DNA from: Escherichia phage MET-P1-301
Sequence record: PV700625
Reading direction: 5' to 3' (one strand)
DNA length: 64,000 nucleotides
The notes under the pieces are model-generated. The model did not search any database. It saw only the letters and a program-made list of their open reading frames with translations, and was not told where the DNA came from. Positions 55,434 to 64,000 of the stretch are shown one piece after another. Positions within the stretch are counted from its first letter, which is position 1. Every line of letters begins with the position of its first letter. The translations under genes and the position numbers were made by a program.

Positions 55434-55805
55434 ATGAAAGCTAAGAGTGCAAAAGACTTTTATTGCTTCCTACAATCCTATATCAATTCCGTGCAAAATG
55501 GTGAAAGGTACAACCTTAATGATGTTATCCCAACACCTTTGACATGGAGACTCAGTAAATGGCCTGAAGAAGATATTACACCAACAATCGAACAACGCAC
55601 CTACAAACCCGAAATCAATATTCCAGACTCTGAGAATCTATTATATCCAATGTTCCATATTGTTGGTCTTGGAAGATTCCTTATGGATATCCAGTATGTA
55701 ATTGGTAAAGGTTATAAGGTTAAAGGTATTGTTGTTGGTGATGTATCTCCGCATCACAAAGGTTATTTTAGACTAAACGCACATTTAGAGGCTAAAAAGA
55801 AATGA
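55434..55805 (+). CDS. hypothetical protein, paralogue of the N-terminal domain of the next gene
   Basis: Shared pattern KxF..F...YI..V..G.RY...........PLT...S.WPE.DI with 55802-56160. Confidence 0.45.
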   Translation: MKAKSAKDFYCFLQSYINSVQNGERYNLNDVIPTPLTWRLSKWPEEDITPTIEQRTYKPEINIPDSENLLYPMFHIVGLGRFLMDIQYVIGKGYKVKGIVVGDVSPHHKGYFRLNAHLEAKKK

Positions 55806-57186
55806 TTAAAGCAAAGACTTACCCAGACTTCAAAGAGTTTGTGAAGGGCTTCATTGCAAATGTAAAGGCTGGTAAGAGATATGATTTTAGAACATATCAA
55901 GAGGCTATTTTACCACTCACCTATAGTTCATATTGGCCTGAAGCTGATATTGCAGAAGTTGAGGAGTTTGACTACAAACCAGACTACAAAGTCCCATTTA
56001 GCGATGAGTTGCTTTACAGCGTTGGTGCTCAAATGAGAACTTCTGACTTCTTCATGGACTTACAATATGCAATTATCAATGGTAAAGACGTTGATACAGT
56101 TTATTGTGAATGGCTGGCAAGAGTTAAACCGTTCTCAATGTTGAATGCTAAGTTGAAGGATGCTATCAAGCCACCAGCAATCACTCAGCAACCAACCAAT
56201 CAAACAGTAAATGAAGGTGGTACACTTAACCTAAGCGTTATTGCAACTAATGCCACTGGATATCAATGGAAAAAGATGGTGAGGATATCACTAGCGCCAC
56301 ATCTGCAACCTACACAAAACAGTCTGTAGTACCTTCTGATGCAGGTTCATACACTTGCGTTGTATCTGGAGAGGCTGGAACAAGCGTTACCTCAGATTCG
56401 GCAACAGTTACTGTTAACGCACTACCTGTGATTACACAGCAACCTTCTAGCCAGACCATCAATGAGGGTGGAAACATCAGCTTGGAAGTGACTGCAACGG
56501 GTGCAACTGGTTACCAGTGGAAGAAAGATGGCTCTGACATTCCTTCGGCTACAGAGGCTACCTATAGCAAGTCTGGTGCTCTGCCAGCAGATGCAGGTTC
56601 ATACACTTGCGTCGTAACAGGTGCAGGTGGTTCTGTTACTTCTAGCCCTGCAACTGTCACGGTAAATGCTTTACCAGTTATTACCAAGCAGCCAACCAAT
56701 CAGGTAGTTAATGAGGGTAGCTCTTTGACACTGAGTGTTGAGGCGACAGGTGCGGAAGGTTACCAGTGGAAAAAGGACGATGTGAACATCCCTAGTGCAA
56801 CTGGTGCAACTTACACGAAAGCTAACGCAGTTCCTGACGATGCTGGTTCATATACCTGTGTAGTTACTGGTGCTGGTGGCACAACAGTCACATCTAATGC
56901 TGCAACGGTTACTGTGAATGCACTTCCTGTAATCACTCAACAGCCAACCAATCAAGAAATCACTGAAGGTGAGACCTTAACGCTGAATGTTGTGGCAACA
57001 GGTGCAACAGGCTATCAGTGGAAGAAGGGTGAGGAAAACATCCCAGACGCAACTACTGCAACTTACACCAAAGAAGGTGCAACCACTGCTGATTCAGGAA
57101 GCTACACTTGTGTAGTGACTGGCGCAGGTGGCTCTGTAACATCTAATGCGGCAACAGTTACAGTTAACCCAGCAGGGGAGGCATAA
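55802..57186 (+). CDS. Ig-like repeat protein (split by one frameshift)
   Basis: Four about 90-aa repeats (ALPVITQQPTNQ..NEG..L.L.V.ATGATGYQWKKDG..IPSAT.ATYTK...DAGSYTCVVTGAGGSVTS.ATVTVN); frame breaks at an A5 run near 56272. Confidence 0.6.
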
Positions 57187-57650
57187 TGCAACTCTCAAGA
57201 AAAGGTTTAGAAGCTATTAAGTTCTTTGAAGGTCTGAAGCTAGAGGCTTACGAAGATTCTGCTGGAATCCCAACAATTGGGTATGGGACTATCCGTATTG
57301 CTGGTAAGCCTGTTAAGATGGGTATGAAGATTACCGCTGAACAAGCTGAACAGTATCTTCTCGCAGATGTTGAAAAGTTCGTTGCAGCAGTGAACAAAGC
57401 CATCAAGGTTCCAACTTCTCAGAACGAGTTCGATGCACTTGTAAGTGAAACATACAACATTGGCATCACAGCCATGCAGGACTCTACATTTATCAAGCGT
57501 CACAATGCTGGTAATAAGGTAGGTTGTGCAGAAGCTATGCAGTGGTGGAACAAGGTTACAGTCAAAGGTAAGAAGGTCACTTCAAACGGCCTGAAAAACA
57601 GACGTAGAATGGAAGCTGACATTTATCTTGACAGTGTATATCCAAAGTAA
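57186..57650 (+). CDS. endolysin, lysozyme-like
   Basis: N-terminal LEAIKFFEGLKLEAYEDSAGIPTIGYGT resembles phage GH24-type lysozymes. Confidence 0.7.
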   Translation: MQLSRKGLEAIKFFEGLKLEAYEDSAGIPTIGYGTIRIAGKPVKMGMKITAEQAEQYLLADVEKFVAAVNKAIKVPTSQNEFDALVSETYNIGITAMQDSTFIKRHNAGNKVGCAEAMQWWNKVTVKGKKVTSNGLKNRRRMEADIYLDSVYPK

Positions 57651-57670
57651 TATCTTCATAGGCTCCTTCG

Positions 57671-57695
57671 GGAGCCTTTTTATTTTCTAAGGAGA
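57671..57695 (+). terminator. intrinsic terminator
   Basis: GGCTCC-TTCG-GGAGCC hairpin followed by TTTTTATTTT. Confidence 0.7.
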
Positions 57696-57700
57696 AAACT

Positions 57701-58099
57701 ATGAAACTTTGGGCTAGTGACTTTGGAACTTTTAAGTACACTCGTAATGGCTCGCTTGTACGCATTGTCGGGAACAATGTGGTTTCAAGAGGTGACAAGG
57801 TATATACACGGTTTACTGTAGAGCTTGTTGAACTGTCACCTATTGAGTCTGTGAACAATGGCCTGTTCAAGTTTGAGACTTACAATGTCAACGAACATGG
57901 ACAATTCAACCCTCTTGGTGAAAGTGGACTTGATATTATTTCAGAGCACCCATTGACAAAAGAGCAACTTGCAGGTTACTATAAAACTGTTCTGGAAAGG
58001 CAGTTAGCAACACATGAACAAGAAGCTAACTACCATTTACAGCATTGCGAAACTTTAAGAGCAAAAATCGAACAAGCAGAGAGAGGTTTTTATGAATAA
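57701..58099 (+). CDS. hypothetical protein
   Basis: 132-aa ORF with GGAG RBS. Confidence 0.45.
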   Translation: MKLWASDFGTFKYTRNGSLVRIVGNNVVSRGDKVYTRFTVELVELSPIESVNNGLFKFETYNVNEHGQFNPLGESGLDIISEHPLTKEQLAGYYKTVLERQLATHEQEANYHLQHCETLRAKIEQAERGFYE

Positions 58100-58481
58100 A
58101 GAGATTCAAGTAAAAGTTGACACTTTTGGACATGATGGTCGAGAAGATGCTGGACTTGCCGACGCAGTGATTTTTGAGTGTAATGGTAATATCAGTCTTC
58201 GCTTTACAGGCTCAGGTAGCACCCTTCGCAGAATGCGAGATGATGCAGATGGTTGCCCTGTATTTGGTTGGTATGACATGGAGTTCCCACTTTATGCAAT
58301 CCATTATCCAGATGGTGGGGAAGATTGGACGACTCAATCAATCCGTGATGAGCTTAACGGTATTCCAGTTGAGCAAGAAGAGCAAGAACCTGTTGAACTC
58401 ACCTTCACTTTTATCAAAGAAGAGAAAGTGGGTGACTTGTCAGTAACCGAAGCAATTCAAGTCTCACAGGTTATTCGTTAA
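58092..58481 (+). CDS. hypothetical protein
   Basis: 129-aa ORF. Confidence 0.45.
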   Translation: MNKEIQVKVDTFGHDGREDAGLADAVIFECNGNISLRFTGSGSTLRRMRDDADGCPVFGWYDMEFPLYAIHYPDGGEDWTTQSIRDELNGIPVEQEEQEPVELTFTFIKEEKVGDLSVTEAIQVSQVIR

Positions 58482-58774
58482 TGAGTAAAGTACAGGTTGT
58501 TTTCCCTATTTGTGACTTCTCACTAGAGCGTGAACTTGACCTGTACGAAGAAATTACTGACGAAATTATCTGGTCTGTTGTAGAAGAGGCTATCAAGAAG
58601 CTGTATGGTGGCCTCTTAAACCCATCAAGTAAGAAGTTAAGCACTAAGCAAGTAGCTGACCCATATGTTTCATACGATGCCTACAACAAGCCTTTTGAAA
58701 ATACCTGCTTTGACCTTATGGTAGGTAATAACAAAGTCAACTATTTCTTCGTCAGAGAGTTTAACGATGAGTAA
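58481..58774 (+). CDS. hypothetical protein
   Basis: 97-aa ORF. Confidence 0.4.
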   Translation: MSKVQVVFPICDFSLERELDLYEEITDEIIWSVVEEAIKKLYGGLLNPSSKKLSTKQVADPYVSYDAYNKPFENTCFDLMVGNNKVNYFFVREFNDE

Positions 58775-58861
58775 GCTCCATGTCACAGTGTACAAAAACT
58801 TCTCAGATATCAAAGAGTCTTTAACAAATAAGCTTGACTTACAACGTAAAAGACTCTTTTA

Positions 58862-59110
58862 ATGTATGACATAGACAACTACAACCATCCTAAAGAGTTT
58901 AACTACAAAGATGGTACAAAGGTTGTTGAGTTTGAAGATTCTGTGACGGTATATGTCAAGCATGACTTACCAGCAAAGTACATAGGGATGTTAGAGTATT
59001 ACATATTCAAACATACTGGTATGCGTGGTGAATCTGTTAAGATATCTTCTATAGAAGTTTTTGAGAAACCTAACACACAACTTAAAAAGTATTTAATGAG
59101 GAAACTGTAA
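58862..59110 (+). CDS. hypothetical protein
   Basis: 82-aa ORF. Confidence 0.4.
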   Translation: MYDIDNYNHPKEFNYKDGTKVVEFEDSVTVYVKHDLPAKYIGMLEYYIFKHTGMRGESVKISSIEVFEKPNTQLKKYLMRKL

Positions 59111-59430
59111 TGTCAGAAGAACATGAGCATATCCAACCAGAAGTTACATTAGTGAAACATTTCGGAAATGTAGAAGGCTGTGTAGCACTTTTCCAGACCA
59201 ACATCAATTCTCCAGTCAAACTGTGCAAATTGACGATAAACACCAACAACATCAGTGTATGTGTGAATGAAGAAGTCCAATACTTCAAATTCAATGATAA
59301 AGAGGTTGATGCTGCACTGCTGAAATACAGAGCAAATCTTGAAAAAGATATTGACCATAAAGAAGTTGTGAGTCTCTTTGCAGACCTCCATAAGCTTCTT
59401 GATAAGGTTGAAAAAGAACATATTACATGA
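59110..59430 (+). CDS. hypothetical protein
   Basis: 106-aa ORF. Confidence 0.4.
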   Translation: MSEEHEHIQPEVTLVKHFGNVEGCVALFQTNINSPVKLCKLTINTNNISVCVNEEVQYFKFNDKEVDAALLKYRANLEKDIDHKEVVSLFADLHKLLDKVEKEHIT

Positions 59431-59690
59431 ATAATGGCTCTATCATCACCACTATGATTTCACCATGTATCTCTGAGCCAATCTTCACAGATGATGGTGC
59501 TTATTATATTGTAGCCTCAGCAGTGTCTGATTGGTGGTTAAAAAATAACGCCCTGAAAACAGTGATTGATGCTATCAGAGAACACATCCCTACATTTAGT
59601 CCGTGGAAGGGTAAAGGTGACGAATTTATCGCACTGCTGAGTGAAGAGAGTAACAAGCGCAGTGCATTACTGCCTAAAAAATACTCTTGA
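59427..59690 (+). CDS. hypothetical protein
   Basis: 87-aa ORF. Confidence 0.4.
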   Translation: MNNGSIITTMISPCISEPIFTDDGAYYIVASAVSDWWLKNNALKTVIDAIREHIPTFSPWKGKGDEFIALLSEESNKRSALLPKKYS

Positions 59691-59761
59691 CTGAGTATAC
59701 AATATTGATTATGATGGGAGCTATCGAGAGGTAGTTCCCTTTTAGTTTCTGGAGAATAGAT

Positions 59762-60298
59762 ATGGCTAAAGTGAAAGAACACGATAAAATTATTTTGTAT
59801 GTTAAACAGAATCCTTCAAAGAGTGTTGAGGCTGTTGTAACACACATCTCACACAATGGTATAGTTTATTTCCGACCACTGAAGAACTTAGACTTTGATA
59901 CTACACCAAACCACACATTTAGCACTTCTGCAAGACTGTGTGCAGGAACTGTCTACTCAACTGCTGAGATTGAATCTTTATCTTTCACAGGTGCTTACAA
60001 GAACTTTATCGGGATTGCTTTAAAGGACTCTGAGGAATCTTTTAAATTCTTCATGGATGCTGCTAATGGTGGTCGTAGATATACCATGCCAGTCTATAAG
60101 AAAGTTGACACAGAACTTACAAGCAAGTGCGAAGAGATTAGCAGCGACCTGAAGGAGCGTAAAACAGCTATTCAGAATGCTATTTACATCATTGAAAGAG
60201 ACCATTTAGAAGTTCTTTTCAGAGATATGCTGAAAGCAGGGTTTACTCAGACGAAATTACAAGAGAAACTCAACGTCAGTTCAGAAATGCTATGGTGA
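59762..60298 (+). CDS. hypothetical protein
   Basis: 178-aa ORF. Confidence 0.45.
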   Translation: MAKVKEHDKIILYVKQNPSKSVEAVVTHISHNGIVYFRPLKNLDFDTTPNHTFSTSARLCAGTVYSTAEIESLSFTGAYKNFIGIALKDSEESFKFFMDAANGGRRYTMPVYKKVDTELTSKCEEISSDLKERKTAIQNAIYIIERDHLEVLFRDMLKAGFTQTKLQEKLNVSSEMLW

Positions 60299-60302
60299 AA
60301 GA

Positions 60303-60521
60303 ATGAAAAAGTTAACTACAGTTGAAGATTACTATAAGATATCATTATTAGAACAATATCGCAGAAGTCAGAACATCAGAAAATGTTATGGTAAACACGC
60401 TGAAGGTGACTTTTACCATTGTTACGATGCGGATTTAAAAGGTGTAACACCTAGAGGGAAAGTCCTGCAAAGACTTGTTGACCTTGAATGGAACAAATTG
60501 TTGAGAGGGGTTGGAAAATGA
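60303..60521 (+). CDS. hypothetical protein
   Basis: 72-aa ORF. Confidence 0.4.
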   Translation: MKKLTTVEDYYKISLLEQYRRSQNIRKCYGKHAEGDFYHCYDADLKGVTPRGKVLQRLVDLEWNKLLRGVGK

Positions 60522-61021
60522 TTTACGAAGAAAGATACAAAATAGATTACCAGAAGACTGGTCATCATGTCTCTTTGAGAGTAACCAAACCAAATGGAGA
60601 TACTGGTATCATAGCACATTTCGGTGGTGATTATTGGTATGGTACAGGTTGCTTTGAAGGCTACACTCAAGAATACTTGAAAGCTTTCTACAGAGACTTT
60701 ACAAACGACTACAACAGAGTTGTTGACGAAAAGAATAAGTGCATTAAGCATGAACACCATGCCAGAGGTTGTCTAAGTATGGTAATGATACTGGCTTTCT
60801 TCTTGGCAACATTACTAGCCGTATCAGCAATCAGTTCCATAGCTCAAGATTTAACCATTACACAGATTACTGCAAAGGTATATGATGTTTGGTACTTGTA
60901 TGCTGTTCCTTTAGTTGGTATCATCATCTCACTAATGAGATTCAGAGTTCATAAGAAACGACTTAAGGACTCGGAGATTAAACTTGAAGAGGTAAGTAAA
61001 GAATGCAACCTACAATTATAG
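60518..61021 (+). CDS. hypothetical membrane protein
   Basis: ATGA overlap start at 60518; C-terminal hydrophobic segments (LSMVMILAFFLATLLAVSAI, LYAVPLVGIIISLM). Confidence 0.45.
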   Translation: MIYEERYKIDYQKTGHHVSLRVTKPNGDTGIIAHFGGDYWYGTGCFEGYTQEYLKAFYRDFTNDYNRVVDEKNKCIKHEHHARGCLSMVMILAFFLATLLAVSAISSIAQDLTITQITAKVYDVWYLYAVPLVGIIISLMRFRVHKKRLKDSEIKLEEVSKECNLQL

Positions 61022-61097
61022 CTGTATGTGTTCGTTTTGCAATCGCTGAAATGATTAACAAGGCAATCTTAAAAGATGCCTATGGAGAAACTAAGTA

Positions 61098-61322
61098 ATG
61101 ATTAAGACACCTGTACCAATTTTTGGATTTCCTTCTATAGAAGAGTTTAAAGTTTATCTTGACAAAAACTTCTATAATGAGCAGCCTGTTACTTTGCTGA
61201 AGAGTGACTTATCAGAACTTCTTGATATGGTTATCAAGGCAACTTCTGAGAAGGAACCTGAGCAGAAAGCTGAGAAGAAGGCTAGTAAGAAATCCGATAA
61301 GAAGACTGAAAAGTCTGAGTAG
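61098..61322 (+). CDS. hypothetical lysine-rich protein
   Basis: 74-aa ORF with KAEKKASKKSDKKTEK tail. Confidence 0.4.
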   Translation: MIKTPVPIFGFPSIEEFKVYLDKNFYNEQPVTLLKSDLSELLDMVIKATSEKEPEQKAEKKASKKSDKKTEKSE

Positions 61323-61376
61323 TAACTTGAGGGGTTACTTGATAGCCCCTTTGTAGAAACTTAGAAGGTAGCGAAT

Positions 61377-61803
61377 ATGCAAATCATAGCTGGTCAAGAA
61401 CTTGACATCATAGATGCAAAAACACAGGAGTACATCGCAACAGTGAAGGTTATAGGAGTCAGGAGTGGAATACTGAATACCCAATTCAATGCCTTGTGCT
61501 GGAGAAGTTTAAAGCTAATGGTGTACACTTTTACCACGGTGACTACATCAACTTTAACAAAGACGGTTATTGGCAAGGTAAGAACCATCCTCAAGCAAAT
61601 GAGTTTGATATGCGTCTAGTGATACCACAAAAGGTAAATCACAAAATGTAAAAGATATCCTTGTAGAAGCCTATGAAGAAGGTATAATAGATGTTGTGCA
61701 TGATGTTGAAAAAGCTTTAAAGCTCATTATGCCACATTTAGAATCTGGAAAACTGACTTTAGAGATGCTTAATAGGGTTATTCGGAGAGCTTATGGAAAT
61801 TAA
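61377..61803 (+). CDS. hypothetical protein (multiple apparent frameshifts)
   Basis: Protein-like reading frames switch twice across the interval. Confidence 0.25.
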
Positions 61804-61821
61804 AGAAGTGGTTCAAAAGCA

Positions 61822-62256
61822 ATGCTTGACAACTCAACTAAAGATGAAATGTACAAAGAGATTTGTGATAAGTTGAATTGTTCAAGACATGCTGCTAAGG
61901 TTCTTGTCTCGTGTTTTATCTGGGAATGCTCAGAAGCTTATATGCAATATGTAGCGTTTGAAAGTTCTCACTTACTAGGTGATGTAGAAGCTGGTGAGAA
62001 GCTAAAAGAACCTGAAGTGAAAACAGTCCCTAAAGTTGGTAATACATACCCTCTTAAAGACTTCAAGACTGGAAAGATTATTGCAAAAGGTGTAGTAGAG
62101 TCTGTCTACCATGATGGTAAATACTTACTTAAAATATTTGAGTATGACAGCCACCACACACACTTATGTGGGATTACATTCTTAGTAACAGAAGAAGACC
62201 TCATTAAGAACAACGGCAACAAGTTTGCAGTACCAGCTTACCAAGTTTTACGATAA
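61822..62256 (+). CDS. hypothetical protein
   Basis: 144-aa ORF. Confidence 0.45.
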   Translation: MLDNSTKDEMYKEICDKLNCSRHAAKVLVSCFIWECSEAYMQYVAFESSHLLGDVEAGEKLKEPEVKTVPKVGNTYPLKDFKTGKIIAKGVVESVYHDGKYLLKIFEYDSHHTHLCGITFLVTEEDLIKNNGNKFAVPAYQVLR

Positions 62257-62269
62257 TGGTGTGATAGAT

Positions 62270-62818
62270 ATGGAAAAAGATAACTTAAAAGAAGTTGAAG
62301 GTAACTACCTAGTCCTTGATTGGAATGATATTCGAGAAGCACTCTCCGAAGAAAATCTTGACTGGTTCCAACAAATTATCTTTGCAGTACGACATACCAG
62401 AGAAGTTGAAAATGGTAAAGAGCCACTTGAAGGAATCTTTGTAGATAGGTCTTATCCATTCTATGAAGACACTTTGCAGAAAGTTAAGATGTACTTTAGA
62501 CAGAAGAACCGTAAAGTGGTCACTATGGTATCTCTTGGTGGACAGAATATGTCTGTGATGGAAGATATTAATCCTAAGAGACCGAGTAAAGGTATCTGTA
62601 TAAAAATCACAGGACATGAAGAGTATATCTCAGTGGATGACTTTAGTGCATTCTGTAATGGCTCTTGTGTCTTTAATGGTTTCCACTATGATATCCGAGT
62701 GTACCCAATCAAGGGAGATGATATCATGATGCAGGTATTTGATAACAACAACGGCTTTACTCATTTTTATCAGACAACCAAGTCATCACTAAAAACAGTT
62801 CTGGAAACACTGATTTAA
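62270..62818 (+). CDS. hypothetical protein
   Basis: Internal ATG 62270 chosen to avoid overlap with upstream gene. Confidence 0.45.
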   Translation: MEKDNLKEVEGNYLVLDWNDIREALSEENLDWFQQIIFAVRHTREVENGKEPLEGIFVDRSYPFYEDTLQKVKMYFRQKNRKVVTMVSLGGQNMSVMEDINPKRPSKGICIKITGHEEYISVDDFSAFCNGSCVFNGFHYDIRVYPIKGDDIMMQVFDNNNGFTHFYQTTKSSLKTVLETLI

Positions 62819-62830
62819 AAATATCTTAAG

Positions 62831-62860
62831 AGCCTCCTTAATTGGGGGCTTTTTAATTTT
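62831..62860 (+). terminator. intrinsic terminator
   Basis: AGCCTCC-TTAATT-GGGGGCT hairpin followed by TTTTTAATTTT. Confidence 0.6.
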
Positions 62861-62879
62861 ATAAAATTTTATCAGTTGT

Positions 62880-64000
62880 CCCAACCTCTGGGTCACCATC
62901 ATATGTGAACAAAATATCTATCCTTCTTAACAACCTTCTTAATCTTACTCTCTATATAGTTATATAGTACTATATAGTATCTTAGTAACTATCTAGTGGT
63001 CTTAATAACCCCTCTGTATAAACCTTCTAAATAGTCCTCTAACAAGCCCTCTAACAAGCCCTCTAACAAGCCTTCTAACAAGCATTCTTAACAACCTACA
63101 CAATCACCTTAACCATCCCTCTACACCTTCTTAGAAGCTCCTATACACCTCTTAATCTCTATGTCAGCTATGTGACTCTCTATAGGTGTTCACTAGGTAT
63201 TACTAAGCCTCTATATAGACTGTTTTAACAAACTTAACAGGAATATCTTTACAGACCTTATCTCACAAGGTCTAACACAGTACTAACAAGGTATCTTATA
63301 AGCCTGTTTCTACCTGTATTTTTAAAAGACTGTATAGGTAATTATTCAGAATCTTAAAATTTTTATAAAATAGGACTATCAAGTCATTTTTAGGGTCTTT
63401 GAAGGAACTCAAAAATATCTGTAGAAGATGTATATCTGCTTGGTAGCCCTTAACAGTTCCCTTACCATCCCTTTGCAAAATTTTAAAATATCCTTAACAA
63501 TCTCTTAACAGTTCTCACATCTTCTTAACAACTCTTCAAAGGTCTTAACAGTTTCTTAACAGAACTGACAAGGATGTAACAGTTTTCTAACAAGATTTGA
63601 TAGGGCTTTACAGAATCTTAACAGATGACTAACAAGAGCTAACAAGTTAATTTTAAAGAGTTATTTTGTTAAGATAATTAACAAGTTCTAACAAGTGTTT
63701 AATCTTTTTAACAAACTATTAACATGGTCACTATCTCTTTCTTATCGTTCCCTTTCTCTCTTAGTGATTCCTTAAACATACCTCTTAAAAGCTCTCTATA
63801 GCCCCTTATAAGCTCTTTTAAGCCTCTTCCTAGTAGTTACACCCCAACTATACAGACACCTCTTTATAGAGCTTTACAGGAGCTTTTAAGGCTATGTCAA
63901 AGGTTCTTACAAGGCTTTTACGTGGTCTTAACAGAGATTTAACAAGGGGCTAACAAGTCTCTAACAAGCATAACTATGTAGGGTTTGTTAAGAAATTGAA
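62880..64000. repeat. dense array of degenerate YTAACAR repeats in a non-coding, pyrimidine-skewed region
   Basis: About 30 copies of CTAACAAG / CTTAACAG variants, including three tandem CCCTCTAACAAG units near 63040-63080; top strand very G-poor; no ORF over 60 aa except one weak minus ORF. Confidence 0.8.

Noticed and set aside
62880-64000. CRISPR array interpretation of the repeat-rich region
   Set aside because: Repeats are only 7-8 bp, degenerate and irregularly spaced, with no unique spacers of uniform length and no cas genes nearby.

Overview
This window looks like a contiguous piece of a large virulent tailed dsDNA phage genome (Caudoviricetes); no integrase or host genes were seen. 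Gene content resembles Felix-O1-like or T5-like phages, but the family is not resolved from sequence alone. Layout: (1) 1-11.7 kb, minus-strand nucleotide-metabolism and replication genes (nrdB, nrdA, flap endonuclease, SSB-like, primase-helicase, dNMP kinase, a GIY-YIG endonuclease); (2) 11.9-22.6 kb, plus-strand family A DNA polymerase, DNA ligase, DHFR, thymidylate synthase and small ORFs, with two intergenic loci of G/T-rich tandem units; (3) 22.7-46.4 kb, minus-strand structural module (tail fibres, baseplate, tape measure, putative tube and sheath, lambda-like head genes, portal, large terminase); (4) 46.6-52.15 kb, a minus-strand cluster of 27 tRNA genes covering all 20 amino acids, interrupted by an HNH endonuclease, two other ORFs and several structured non-tRNA elements, followed by a vWA/MIDAS protein gene; (5) 54.6-62.8 kb, plus-strand small genes, an Ig-like repeat protein and a lysozyme; (6) 62.9-64.0 kb, a non-coding region packed with YTAACAR repeats. 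The most interesting candidate is a circularly permuted tRNA-like module inside a conserved stem-loop repeat family in the tRNA cluster, next to the vWA/MIDAS protein; a Y-RNA-like/Ro60-like pairing is a hypothesis only. Many core genes are split by single-base frameshifts at A/T homopolymers, most simply explained as homopolymer indel errors, so several ORF boundaries are merged by inference. All calls are from manual reading of the sequence; tRNA coordinates are approximate (about 2 nt) and no database search was run.
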